The position numbers and the translations under genes were made by a program. A stretch of 64,000 nucleotides of DNA from Carcharhinus longimanus (Eukaryota). The stretch lies in contig JASCQW010000190.1 of NCBI GenBank assembly GCA_030264375.1, positions 43,588,337 through 43,652,336 of the forward strand, read 5' to 3'. This document shows, in pieces, positions 1-12,844 of the stretch. The notes under the pieces were generated by a model that was not told the DNA's origin, did not search any database, and saw nothing but the letters and a program-made list of their open reading frames with translations. How positions within the stretch are numbered: position 1 is the stretch's first letter; each line of letters opens with the position of its first letter.

Positions 1-2070
1 GGGCACTGGTGTTGAGGATGATTGTGAAGGAGGTGTTTCTTTTCTTTACTGATTGCGGTCTGTAGGTTAAGTAGTCTAGGATCCAGTTGTAGAGGGAGGA
101 GCTGAGTCCCAGGCCATGGAGTTTAGAGATGAGTTTTGTAGGAATAATGATATTGAAGGCTGAGCTGTAGTCAATAAATAGGATTCTGACATGGGTGTCT
201 TTGTTATCTAGGTTTTCCAGGATTGAGCGTGGGGCCAGGGAGATGACAAATGCCGTGGACCTGTTGCAGCAATATGCGAACTGTTGTGGATCTAGGCATT
301 TGGGGGGCCAGAATTGATTTGTGCCATGACTAACCTTTCAAAGCACTTCATAATGATGAATGTCAGAATCACCAGACAATAATCATTAAGGCACGCTGTC
401 TGGCTTTTCTTCTGTACCAGGATGATGGTTGCCTTCTTGAAGCAAATAGGGACTCAGATTGGTGTAAAGAGAGCTTAAAGACATCTGCGAATAGCCCCAC
501 CAGCTGGTCCGCACAGGATCTGAGTGCTTATCAGGTTACTCCGTCCGGGCTTTCCATGGGTTGACTTTCGAGAAGGCTGATCCAACATCACACAAGATGG
601 TGAACTTGGATACCAGTTTGGTTGAGGCTTCCAGAGTGGAGGCATGTTCTCACTGACTTCTTGCTCAAAACAGCATAGAATGCATTGAGCTCATCAGGGA
701 GAGTTGCTTTGGTGCCAGTGATGCTACATGCCTTCATCTTGTAGCCCGTCACGTCTCGCAGACCTTGCCATAGCTGGTGGGGGTCCATGTCCGTGGGCGG
801 CAAGATAGCACAGTGGTTAGTATTGCTGCTTCACAGCACCAGGGACCTGAGTTCGATTCCCGGCTTGGGTCACTGTGTGGCGTTTGCATGTTCTCCTCGT
901 GTCTGTGTGGGTTTCCTCCAGGTGCTCCGGTTTCCTCCTACAGTCTAAAGATGTGTGGGTTAGGTTGGTTGGCTATGCTAAAATTGTCCCTTAGTGTCCT
1001 GAGATGTGTCAATTAGAGGGATTAGCAGGTCAATATGTAGGGATATGGGGGAAGAACCTGGGTGGGATTGTGGTCGGTGCAGACACAATGGGCCAAATGG
1101 CCTCTTTCTGCACTGTAGGGTTTCTATGATTTTATGTGGCTTGGTGTGGTATTGTCTTTTGGCATCTTTGATGGACCTCTATACATTGTATCTGGATTTC
1201 TTGTACAAGTCAGGATCATCTGACTTAAATGCCTCAGAGCTGGACTTCAGCAAGCAGTGGACATCCCTGTTCAACCATGGTTTCTGGTTGGGAAACACAC
1301 GGATTTGTTTCTTTGGCACACAATCTTCAACACACTTACTAATTAAGTGGCATACTCGTCCAGGTTGGTTGTTGAATTTTTAAAAATTGACCAATACATT
1401 GACTTTAAGCAGTCCTGCAGGAGGTTATCTGATTCCTCTGACTAACGTTGCATGACTTTATCGAATTCTTCTGTTTCAGTTTTTGCTTGTAAGCTAGGAG
1501 CAGGCACACAGCCTTGTGGTCTGATTTGCCAAAGTGTGGGCAGGTAATAGAGAGGTAGACATGTTTGCTATTTCTGTAGCATTGGTCTAGAATGTTTGGG
1601 CCTCTGGTAGAACAGGGGACGTGTTCGTGGTATCTTGGTAGGACACTCTTGAGCTTGGTCTGATTGAAGTCCCCGGCCATGATGAAGCCTTGCGATGTTC
1701 CTTTTCAAGACTATTTGTGGTAGTACGTATTTCATCCAGTGTGATCTGCACGTTCGCATCGGATGGGAAGTAAACTGCTGTCAGGATAACAGAGGTGAGC
1801 TCCCGCAGAAGGTGGTAGGGGCAGCATTTTAGCACCAGGTATTTTAGGTCAGGGGAGCAGAAACTCACCAGTGTTGCTACATCTAGGCACCAAGAGGTGT
1901 TAATTCGAAGGTAGACCCCACCTCCCTAACCATACCCGAGGCCGCTGTATAGTCTATTTGGGGGATTGAGAAGCCTTCTAGTTCTAGGGCATAGTCTGGT
2001 GAAACAGAGCACACAGTAATCTCTCAGTTCCCTTTGAAAAGCGAGTCTGGTTTCAAGTTCATCTAGCTTG
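1..2070 (-). mobile_element. Decayed Rex1/Babar-type LINE (APE endonuclease + start of RT), interrupted by a SINE at ~795-1132
   Basis: Minus-strand ORF fragments AGDFNQTKLKSVLPRYHEHVPCSTRGPNILDQCY, CSPDLKYLVLKCCPYHLLRELTSVILTAVYFP and LPDELNAFYA are typical of Rex1/Babar ORF2; homologous to the plus-strand copy at 22500-24580. Confidence 0.85.
795..1132 (+). mobile_element. tRNA-derived V-SINE (shark HE1-like)
   Basis: A-box (AGCACAGTGG) and B-box (GTTCGATTCC) head, V-domain TTTGCATGTTCTCC...GGGTTTCCTCC...GGTTTCCTCC, CR1-like tail ending TTTCTATGATT. Confidence 0.85.
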
Positions 2071-3698
2071 AGAAGGGCATGACGGACGTGGAGTCAGGAA
2101 CGGGGTGTGAGAATGCTCTGGAGAACGTTAATATATTGAACGAGGAAGTGTTGGGTATCCTAAATTGCATTAAAGTAGCTAGATCCCCAGGCAGACAAGG
2201 AAGAAATAGCTGGGACCTTAGCAGCTTTCGTTCCATCCAGAAGATGGGCGACTGAATATTTACCAGTCTTCTGGAACTTCAATGTTGTTCCATTGTTTAA
2301 GAAAGGAAGAGATAATCCAGGAAATTATAGGTTGGTAGCCTGATGTCTGTAATGCGGAAGCTTTAGGAGAAGATACAGGATGTACGCACATTTGGAAAAA
2401 AATGGACTAGTTAGTGACAGGCAGTGCAGTTTTATATGGGGAAGGTTATGTCTCACCAACTTGAATGAGTTTTTTGAAGAGGTGACAAAGGTAACTGATG
2501 AGGGAGAGGCTGTACATGTAATTTATATGGACTTTAGCAAGGTTTTTGACAAGGTCCTACGTGGCAGACTGGTACAAAAGCTAAAATCACATTGGATTTG
2601 GAGTGGACTGGCTAGATGGATACAGAACTGGCTTGATTATAGGAGAGAGACAGTAGCAGTGGAAGGGTGTTTTTCAGAGTGAAGATCTATAGTTAGTGGT
2701 GTTCCGCAGGGATCAGAGCGAGGACCTCTGTTGTTTGTAGAAGATATAAATGATTTGGAGGAAATGTGGGTGGTATGATTAGTAAGTTTGCAGATGACAC
2801 AAAGGTTGGTGGCATTGCTGATAGTGCCAGGGATTGTCAGAGGATATAAAAAGATATAGATAGACTTGAGACTTGGGCACAGAAACGTCAAGTTGAGTTT
2901 AATTTGGATGAATGGTAGGTGATGCATTTTGGAAGACCAAATTTAAATGTGAATTACATTGTAAATGGCAGAATCCTTAGGAATGTTGACATATGGAGGG
3001 ATCTGGGTGGGCAGGTCCACAGTTCCCTAAGTGATAACACAGGTGGCCAAAGTGATTAAGAAGGCACATGGCATGCTTACTTTCATCAGACGGGGCACTG
3101 AGTACAAGAGTTGGCAAATCATTTTACAGCTATTGAAAACCTTGCTTAGGCCACATCCGGAGTATTGTGTGCAGTTCTGGCCACCACACTACCAGAAGGA
3201 CATGGGAGCTTTGGAGAGAGTGCAAAGGTTCGCCAAGATGTTGCCTGGTCTTGAGGGTGTTGGCTATGAAGGGAAGTTGAATAAACTAGGATTGTTTTCA
3301 TTTGAAAGATGGAGGCTGAGGGTAGACCTGAGAGAGATCTACAAAATTATGGGAAGCATATGCAAGGTGGATAGTCAGAGGCTTTTTCCCAGGGTAGAAG
3401 TGTCAATTACAAGGGGGCACAGGTTCAAGGTGAGAGGGGGAAAGTTTTAAGGGTGATGTGCGGGGAAGATTTTAACGCAGAAAGTGGTGTTGCCTGGAAC
3501 CTGCTGCCAGAGGAGGTGATAAAAGCAGGCACATTAGCAACATTGAAGAGGCATCTAGATGAATAGGGAGGGAATAGAGGAATCTGGACCAGACCAGGTT
3601 AGAAGGTTCTTTTTAGATTCGTTAGGGCATCATGATTGACACAAGCTTGGAAGACTGAAGGGCTTGTTCCTGTGTTGTCCTTTTCTTTGTTCTTTGTT
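2070..3698 (+). mobile_element. 5'-truncated CR1 LINE (RT domain and 3' UTR)
   Basis: Fragments CLTNLNEFFEEVT, VIYMDFSKVFDKV, GVPQGS, KFADDTK, PEYCVQFWPPHY; 3' tail TTCTTTGTTCTTTGTT. Confidence 0.9.
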
Positions 3699-4239
3699 AC
3701 ACAGGCATTTGTACTTGGTCGAGGCTCCAGAGAGAGAGTGAGAGTGAGAGAGAGAGAGTGAGAGAATTACTCCAAGCAGGGCCCAAACATCAGCTGAGAG
3801 CACAAGGGGGTGACACTTCTTGCTTCTTTCAGAACCCAGCAGCAACTGCCTGCTTGTTGTCCCTGAAAGTTTACTTCCTTCCCTTAATACATGACCAACT
3901 ATCAATCAAATAATCAAAGCCCCACTCTGAAACCCCAGGGAGAAATTCAACTAAACAAAAATGCATCAACTCAGATTAAAACAAGCACATCCTTAGCTAA
4001 AATCAATCAATCATTAGCAGTATTCTCAGTATGTAAGCTGCCTGTTTTGCAGATGAATCAGCACTGTGTAAAGCAGCTGAATTTTAAACATACCTCTCAC
4101 AAAAAGTGTGATAATAAATACATTTCTTAAAGAAACAGAACAAATTCCGTATTCCCACAATATTTGTGATTAATCCAGAATGTATCACCCAATTTGGAAG
4201 ATTTCTTGCGCTTCATCCTACTGCACTGATGAGCTTCGA

Positions 4240-4490
4240 CTAGTGGAGTGCCCCAGGGGTCGGTGCTGGGGCCTCAGCTATTTACCATTTATATAGATGA
4301 TCTGGAGGAGGGANNNNNNNNNNNNNNNNNNNNNNNNNNNNNNNNNNNNNNNNNNNNNNNNNNNNNNNNNNNNNNNNNNNNNNNNNNNNNNNNNNNNNNN
4401 NNNNNNNNNNNNNTGAATGGCGGGGCAGGCTCGAAGGGCTAGTTGGCCTACTCCTGCTCCTATTTCTTATGTTCTTATGTTCTTATGATT
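4240..4490 (+). mobile_element. CR1 LINE fragment spanning an N-gap
   Basis: PQGSVLGPQLFTIYIDDLEEG before the gap; 3' end GGCCTACTCCTGCTCCTATT(TCTTATGT)n after it. Confidence 0.85.
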
Positions 4491-6626
4491 GTTTAACATT
4501 TCCCAGAAACTTTGACCAAATTCTGACAGGTAGTGCCAATTGTTATCCAATGGAAAACAATAGTTTTGGTCAGTTTGCAAAAAGGTCTTGCACTGGAAGA
4601 TGGAAGGAGAGACTTGCTGGGCCAAATGGCCTACTTCTGCTCCTCTGTCTTATGGTCCATGTCTTGTGGAGGGGAGATTCTGAAGAGACTTGATAGAGGT
4701 GTTCAAAATCATGGACAGAGTAGACAGAGAGGAACTGTTCCCATATGTGAAATGATCTGGAGACACCAATTTAAGATAATTGGCAAACTGACGACATGAG
4801 AAAAAAAGAAAATAGGTTTTGGAATGCATGGTCTGAGAGTATGATGTAAGCAATTCAACTGAAGCCTTCAGAAGAGAATTGGACAACAGTTCGGAAAGGA
4901 AAAAAACATGCAGGTCTATGGGAAATGACAGGTAAGTAGCACCAGGTGAGCTGCTCTTTCGGACAACTGGAAACTCACCGACAGAAAAGAATTCTCACGT
5001 TCACTTGATCAAAAACAGATGCATTATCAATAAAATATTATTTCATTTGCATAAAAAGCACAAAAATAACTGATACTAGAAACATGAAAGAAATCGAAGG
5101 TAGCCACACAGTACAGTGTAACAGTTTTGATCCCGATGTTATAACTGAATGGGAATATTCCAGAGTGGAACACTGGCTCAAAATACCACAACAAATACAA
5201 TTTTGTTATAAAAGTGGAGAAACAGCATCACAGGATCGTAGGACTGCTAATTCATTAAGAAAAAATGTTTATTAAACATGAAAAAAAATTAATGATACAA
5301 TATGCCTTTACTCACCCTTAAAATCTGTGTACAATTGTTAAATTAAGATTAACATAGGTAACAAGGTACACCTTTAACTACAATGGTCTCATGAACACAA
5401 AATCCTTTTAAGCACACAGGTCAAATATACATACTCCGCTCTGAACCCAAGTTGATGTCTGTGGATTTATCCTCAGGATCCCCTCAGATGACTGACACAC
5501 AAGAATTTCCAAACTCCCCTCCCAAAAACACACTTTAAAATCTTCTTTCATCATACTGCTTTCCATTAGGACTTTACATTCCACACTCCAGGTTATGTTT
5601 TCCAAATTACTCTCTTAAACAAAGCTTCCACTTCACTTTTAACAGTGAATCCAATCCAAGGTCTACACCAACCCTTTGACTGTCTTTGCCTTGACTGCCG
5701 TACAAACTATTCATAATTGCTTTAACTCTGAACTCCTAGACTATAGTAAAATGACATCAAACTTCTGATATACCTTTGAAGTCTGTTGCATCACTTTAAA
5801 TCTGGTTACTGCAATTGTTTCTTTAACTTTGTGCACTTTTCCTCGAATTCTTCTGAACAATATCTTGGCCTCTGTTCTCTTAACTTCAGTTCTCTTAAAA
5901 CATTCTTTCTGTCCTAATTCCTTGGTTACCTGGGCTGTAACTGGTCCCTTGGAAGCTAGCCGTCTTTGCAGCTCCCTTTCCTGACTAGCATCTCCTGGTA
6001 GAGTTGAGAAATGTTCACTCCCTGATGACCTGTCTCCAACTGCCAGCAAATTCTGCTAAAACGCTCTCTCTGGAAAGTGGCCCTTTGTTGCTTAGCAACC
6101 ACTGCTAGTTTATTTACTTTTCATGCTGTAGTCCTCACTAAGCACAACAGAAACACAACTGGAACTGACCCCACCCATACAAACACCTTTTCTAGCATGA
6201 ATTTAACTATAGGTTTTACCCTTTCTTCCACAGAAACATTAGATTAAACCCACTTTAAACTACATCTTATTTCTAATGTTTACCAATAGAAATATAAATC
6301 CCTTAAAACTATCTTTGTTTTCCTGACACAAGACAGACAAATAGTTCAGTCTTCTAAGGAAGTTTTGACAGGACAGTGTTCTTCATACACCATACACCAA
6401 TGCCCATACACCAAAAAACACAATTTATTGGTGATATGTTGAGCATCATGATCAAATATGACATATCACAGGAATAAACTATTTTTAAGTATAATCACAT
6501 ATTTCTGAGGAAATGCTAAAAACAACATAGCCTGAAAAGACTAAAAATATCTACAGAATCACCAGTATAAATAATGGTGACATACACCAATTTAGTTTCA
6601 ACTTAATCACAAGGTTTGCAAACTGA

Positions 6627-6628
6627 CA

Positions 6629-6666
<38 letters not shown>
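6627..6666. repeat. (CA)n microsatellite
   Basis: Direct run of CA units. Confidence 0.95.
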
Positions 6667-6667
<1 letters not shown>

Positions 6668-6969
6668 TTTTGCTTAATACTCATTTTTCATTTCCCCAAT
6701 TGATTTATTATGATTTTGATAAGATATTTTAATTAACGTTTGGAAGACCTCATCATTTTCAGAAAAGACATGACTTGTTAAAAATAATGTTTTTCATATG
6801 TTTCACATGACTACAACCAGAGGGAAGCATTTTAACCAAAAATATAGATTAAAACGATCAGCACTGTCAAAATAGGTTAACAAACTTGCAGTATGAGCTA
6901 TCTTAACTACAAATTAGTAATAGTCAAACACCGCAGCAATATTAACAGGGAGAGCAGAAATTTCTCATC

Positions 6970-7500
6970 TCTGATAGGTCGTAGAAGTTGGAACTGTTCT
7001 CTCTGGAGAAGTTTGAGAGATTTAGCACAAGTATTCAAAATCATGAGGCTAGAATAGATAGGGAAACACTGTTCACAATGATGGAAGGATTGAGAACCCA
7101 GGGGAACAAATTAAAATTATTTAGCAAAAGAAGTAAAAATAACAGAAGGAAAAACTGTTTAGTGCAACAAGTAGTTAGTATTATAAATGCAAAATACTAC
7201 AGATGTGGGAATCTGGAACAAAAAATGGTGGAAAATCTCAGCAGGTGTGACAGCATCTGTGGAGAGATAGTACAGCCAACGTTTCGAGTCTAGATGACCC
7301 TTTGTCAGAACTGACGAAGAAAGTTAGTATTGCCTGAGAGTGTGGTGAAGGTAAGTTCAATTGAAGCATTCAAGAGAAAATTGGATTATCTAAAAGGCAT
7401 AATATGTGCATGGCTATGGAAAGGTGGTAAAGGAAGCAACACAAAATAACAGTTCAAATAACCTCCTTTTGTGCTACAACTGCTCGATCATTCTACAAAG
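6970..7500 (+). mobile_element. Old CR1 3' fragment interrupted by a Penelope-related short repeat (7187-7320)
   Basis: ELFSLEK...IDRETLF...RTQGNKLKL resembles the CR1 ORF2 C-terminus; CR1 sequence resumes at TTGCCTGAGAGTGTGGTG. Confidence 0.6.
7187..7320 (-). mobile_element. Short non-autonomous repeat with a degenerate minimal hammerhead core (probably Penelope-derived)
   Basis: Minus strand reads CTGACAA-AGGGTC ATCTA GACTC-GAAACGTT; same family at 7980-8185, 19017-19160, 45245-45400, 48125-48240 and 49518-49630. Confidence 0.6.
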
Positions 7501-7979
7501 TGTAGCTTGTGTGAAACTTGCTTCTTTATTTCACATAACAGAAATCACCAACAATAAATGACCTTTTTAGCCTTGTGCCTTTATAATTAATGTGGTGGCA
7601 TCCTCTAATAATGCAAACTCTGAAATACAAGAGTCTTGACACACAAAGAGCACACATTGGGAGAATAAATGAGTTTCAAGTTTCCTGAAGAAACTCGCTG
7701 ACACCATAATTTATAACTTGTTTTGATTACTCAAAGAAACAAAGTTCCTTTGATAGCCTCCAATGTTAGCTCAGATAATAGATCAAATTGAATTTGTCTG
7801 CATTGTCATTATGATGTGCATGCAAGAATTTAAAAATTCCATAGAAACACATGTCTGTAGAATTGACCCATTTGCCAACAAATAAAATTTTATCTTGTTG
7901 AATTTCAGAAATTGTAATTTTGAATTTATCATGATCAACCCATTTTCTACAACAGCTACCAGGCACTAACTAAAAGTCA

Positions 7980-8185
7980 AAATACTGCTGAAATCTGTAA
8001 TATAGAAAATGCTAGAAAAACTCCGCAGGTCTAACAGCATCTGTGCAGGGAGAATAGAGTCAATGTTTCAAGTCTAGATGGCTCTGACAAAGGGTCAGCC
8101 AGACTCAAAATGTTGGCTCTATTCTCTCTCCACAGATGCTATCAGACCAGCTGAGATTTTCTAGCATTTTCAGTTTTTGTTTCAG
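7980..8185. repeat. Foldback (palindromic) copy of the same short repeat
   Basis: Left arm GAAAATGCTAGAAAAACTC...CAGCATCTGTG...AGAATAGAGTCAATGTTT is the imperfect reverse complement of right arm AAAATGTTGGCTCTATTCT...CACAGATGCT...GAGATTTTCTAGCATTTTC. Confidence 0.8.
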
Positions 8186-10529
8186 GCAGTAGCTTTTTGC
8201 AACAACCCAGTTTTTCTTTTCACATACCATTGCTCACAATAAAGAACTAACTGCATGCTGCATATGTACCATTTGTGCCTGTGCTGCCACAATAAGACTC
8301 CACATGGTCCCTACTTCTGATGGTGCACCCTTGACAGCTCATGGATCTTAATCCCATTTGCACATTTATTTCTTCTTTGCTGGAATGTCCTGATTCTTTT
8401 GCATCATTGGCCAAAATATCCTAAATCAAGATACCAGACTCAGATAGCATCAGTTTGAGATGTACTCAAAGTAACAGAATTAAATTTCACATGTGGCCCC
8501 AGAGGATCCATGGTCTGCACCAACACAACAGCATACTGGTGTCAGCTGAGAGGAAGTACACTTGTGTTGAGAACTGACCATTTTCCTTTTCATCGGTATT
8601 ACCTCAGCTACAAGCTGCATTGATACTACATAAATTTGATTTGCTTTACAGAAGGTTTATTTGTAAGACAGAATTTCTAGTGCAGTGGAAAATAATAGAA
8701 ATTTCAAATGAGTACATTTCAAACTAACTATTCAAATCATGACAGGGGTTCAAATTAATTTCTGCAAAACTAACAAATCATACCCTATATTCCATATCAC
8801 CATGTGGCTTTCTATACAGCTAAAATTAATGACACAGCTAGAGAATTCCCAATTGTAGAATAATATTCAAAAATAAAAACTGAGCTATGGCTTCGAAGTT
8901 GCAAACATTTTGGCCACCTTCCATCTACAAATCATCAGTGGTTCATTCAACAAGCTTTCCAATGATAATCAAGCTTTCACATAGCTAACAGAATTGGGTT
9001 TAACAAAAAGATTGAGGGAAACAGATCCCATTTTTGCTACCAAAAGCAAGGTAACATTTTAACCTGAATGGGTCTGTACCAATTATCAAAATGCATAATT
9101 TATCACAAGTTGCCACCAATATTGTCTTGCTAGGTGCTGTTACTTTAACAGCTTGGTGTCCTTTGGAGATCTTGTCCAAGAAAAATCAGTTGTAAATAGG
9201 CTGATGTCATGTCCAAAACGCTTATCTCGGAGATGAAGGATGTCAAAGAAATGACAGAAATTCATGGACTGCTAAAGGGATCACTCAAGTGTCAGAGTAG
9301 TATGTGTGTACGTGTACAGTACGAGATCTAGTTTCAATTCACCAGTTTTGACAGGCTGAAGCTGGTCAACACATTTCACCAGCTTGAGAAAATTACAGCA
9401 GGAGAAATAAATTCTAAGCTGCGCACTTCCTAAGTGGAAAAAGAATTGTATGTGCACGCACGCACGTGCACACACGCATATGCACATGGATACACACATT
9501 TTATTTAACTACAGGCATTCTTTTAGAACGATTAATATGTGCATGCAAAATTACTATTGTGACAGAATATGATGTCATCATCAAGAAGAAAATCCCTTCC
9601 CCCACACAGCAACCCCTGAAACACAGGATCAGCTAGAGAACTGGATATAATGCTATGCTAGTGGCTAAGTATTCAGTTAAAACTTGATAATTTACCCTAT
9701 TGCTGTTATTCCCTCACCGCCTTCTTACCATCGTCAAATGTGCACTGATTCGTCTAAACTACAATGCTGAAAATAATTAATGCCCGCTGAGTGTGCACGG
9801 TAAAGGGAATCAGGCAGCTCTTACATTCTCATTGTCTGCTTCAACTGTAGTTCATTCAGGTAGCAAATAATTAGTCACAAGGCACTCAGTAGTAAAAGAT
9901 TCTATAAGGGGAAACAGTCAAAGACAGAGGAGTTGCCATGATTTACAGATAGTGAGCTTGGCATTTCCAGATAAAATCTGATGCTGTCAACTGCTGTGTT
10001 GATTGGCCAAAGTTGAAGGACAAATTCAGCTAGGGGCTTGAATAAATTTAAAATTCTATTGAATTAAATTGATACAATGGCATTTTTCCAGGTTGTCCAT
10101 TACTAGCCACACAAAGTGCTTTTGGTCTTAGTGGATGAAACGACAACTTGAAGCTATCACAAATGATAGTGTGTGATGACAACAAAGCCTGCCCGTGTTT
10201 CAGTCAACTCTCTTGCATAGCTATTCCTGCCATCATGTAACCAATGTTACATTTGTTGGAGAAACATGGTGGAATCTTATTTTGTTGGATTTCAAGGTGA
10301 GGGTCATCAGTACTAAAGAAATAGAGGATTCCTCACTGTTTGTATCTAATCAAGCATTCCCAGGTCAAGTGTAAAACTGGCCACATGCAGAGAAAACATT
10401 CCTTCCCAAAGTTCTAATGTTTTCACTCCCCAGTGAAATAAATGCCCCTCAGCACATAAATTGTAATCTTTCCATTTGCCTCAGCAGTTATTTTTTGAAC
10501 CACAGATTAGAGTTACTAAGAAATACAAT

Positions 10530-12050
10530 AAGAGCCTGAGTAGTCATATGGTCCCTCAAGCCTGCTCTGTAATTTAATAATAGTTGACTCTGGAACTCAG
10601 TTCACTTTCCCACCCAATTCCCACATCCTTTGATTTCCTTACAATTCAAAAATCTATTGATCACAGTAGCAAATGAAGAGGGCACTTTGCAGAGCACATA
10701 CCTCCACCATGATGTGCTGACACAGCAATACAATTATGCAGCTCTTTCTTGAGGCTTTTCTTAGCCTCATTGATGGTCTGTACCTTCAAAGCTGAAAATA
10801 CATTTTTTTATTAAAAGCTTCCAGCTCACTGTGGACGCTTCACGTCAATTCACATCCAACATAGTGCGATGAAAGCTCTGCTCATGTTTTGATAGCTCTG
10901 ACAAATTTCACAACATTCTAAAGTGATCAACAATTTTCCAAATAAGACCATCCATAAGATTCTCTATCTCTCAATGTTAATTTCTCATTTAAAGAATCCG
11001 GATCTGGATCCCACAAGTAATTGCTTGATGTCCTGAAAAATTATTCATCTTTTTTCTACTTCTCGGTTTCTAACTAATCTTCTGTTTTCCCCAACTTCAC
11101 AGGGTTTTATCTTGTGCAACAACTTCGCGTGGTGCCTTGCAAAAAGCCAAATAAACTACACCTACGTTTTCCGTTTATATACCCTACTAATTATTTACAT
11201 TAAAATTCTAATAGGTTTTTCAAACACAATTTCCTTTCTATAAAACCCTGTTGATTAAACAAGATGCCCAGTTACTACAGGCTTATTAAATTATTCCAGC
11301 AATTTCCCAACTGACGACATGCTAACAACTGGCCAGTAGTTCCCCATTTGATCTTTCCCTCCTTATGTAAACAGCAATGTTACATTTGTTATCTTCCAAT
11401 CTACTGGGATGATTCCAGAAACCACGGTTTTTGGGAGATCACAACTAGTATATCCACTATCTCTCCAACTACTTCTTTTCAAAGCCTAGGATGCAGGCTG
11501 TCAAGACCAGGGGACTTGTCAACTTTCAATACCATTTTCTCCAAAAATTAATTAGAATTTATATAATATGAATTTTAAAAAGTAAAGCTCCTTACTGGCA
11601 TTTGACTTTTTTCCAGTATTCAGGTACATCTTTGAGTCTTCTCTTGTCATGTCTGCCATTTCTTTTCTCCCCCACTATTATTTCTTCTGTCTCAATCTCT
11701 AGCTTTTACTTTTTTTTTCTATACCTATAGAAACTCTTAATTTGTTTTTATATTTCTGATTGGTTTACTATTTTCTCCATCTTTATTATTCTTTGGTCAA
11801 TCTTTGCTAATATCTAAAAACTTGCATATCCTCATGCTGACTATTCTTCTTGGCAATGTTATAAGCTTCCTTTAATCCAAAACTATCCTTAGCCTTCTCA
11901 GTTAGCCACTGATGGATTTATTTTCCCACAGAGCTTTCACTCTCCAATGAAATGTGGATTCATTAAGCATTACAAAACATTTCTTTAAATGTTTGTCATT
12001 GCTCACTACCACAAAAATCTTTAGATATACCTCAACCAATTTGTATCCCC
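10530..12050 (-). mobile_element. Highly decayed CR1 LINE fragments
   Basis: Reverse-complement CR1-like stretches (e.g. CTGGCCAGTAGTTCCCC, ATCTACTGGGATGATTCCAG, CCAGGGGACTTGTC) and a CR1 3'-end-like piece near 10530-10660. Confidence 0.6.
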
Positions 12051-12076
12051 AACAGTTGTATAATTGATTTTACTTA

Positions 12077-12212
12077 GGGGCAGCACGGTGCCAAAGTGGT
12101 TAGCACTGCTGCCTCTCAGCGTCAGGGACCTGGATTTGATTCCCAGCTTGGGTCACAGTCTGTGCAGGGATTTTTACAGCAAATTCAAAGCCGACTTGTG
12201 ATACTAATAAGT
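12077..12212 (+). mobile_element. Internally deleted tRNA-derived SINE
   Basis: GGGGCAGCACGGTG...GTGGTTAGCACTGCTGCCTC head joined to a CTTGTGATACTAATAA tail like that of the 17718 copy. Confidence 0.7.
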
Positions 12213-12404
12213 TAAGTACTCTAGTTTTAGACTTGGGTATGTCACTCTCAAGCTCAATGAGAAATGTATCGACACCTTAAAAAACAAAATATAGCACAAA
12301 AAGAGAAGAAACTATTGGTCAAATAACAAAAAAAGGTCAAAGTTTTAAGCAGTGTATTAAAGGAGAAAGCTAAAATAGAGAGTCAGAGAGATTTAGGGAG
12401 GGAA

Positions 12405-12840
12405 TTGCAGAGTTTGAGGGGGTTGAGCTATGAGGAGAGGCTGAATAAACTAGGCTTGTACTCGTTAGAGTTTAGAAGAATGAGGGAAGATCTCATTGNN
12501 NNNNNNNNNNNNNNNNNNNNNNNNNNNNNNNNNNNNNNNNNNNNNNNNNNNNNNNNNNNNNNNNNNNNNNNNNNNNNNNNNNNNNNNNNNNNNNNNNNNN
12601 NNNNNNNNNNNNNNNNNNNNNNNNNNNNNNNNNNNNNNNNNNNNNNNNNNNNNNNNNNNNNNNNNNNNNNNNNNNNNNNNNNNNNNNNNNNNNNNNNNNN
12701 NNNNNNNNNNNNNNNNNNNNNNNNNNNNNNNNNNNNNNNNNNNNNNNNNNNNNNNNNNNNNNNNNNATCTTACTGAATGGCGGGGCAGGCTCGAAGGGCT
12801 AGATGGCCTACTCCTGCTCCTATTTCTTATGTTCTTATGA
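12405..12840 (+). mobile_element. CR1 3' end (mostly N-gap) inserted in an L2 remnant
   Basis: GLSYEERLNKLGLYSLEFRRMREDLI; tail (TTCTTATG)n. Confidence 0.85.
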
Positions 12841-12844
12841 AACT

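Noticed and set aside
795-870. tRNA-like A/B boxes (also at 12077, 17718, 31100, 47200)
   Set aside because: SINE heads running into V-domain sequence; no complete cloverleaf, so not tRNA genes.
5200-6330. Possible solo LTR (similar candidates at 32440-33003, 40780-41755, 62660-63352)
   Set aside because: LTR-like composition and some TG/CA ends, but no matching TSD could be found by eye and there is no second copy in the window.
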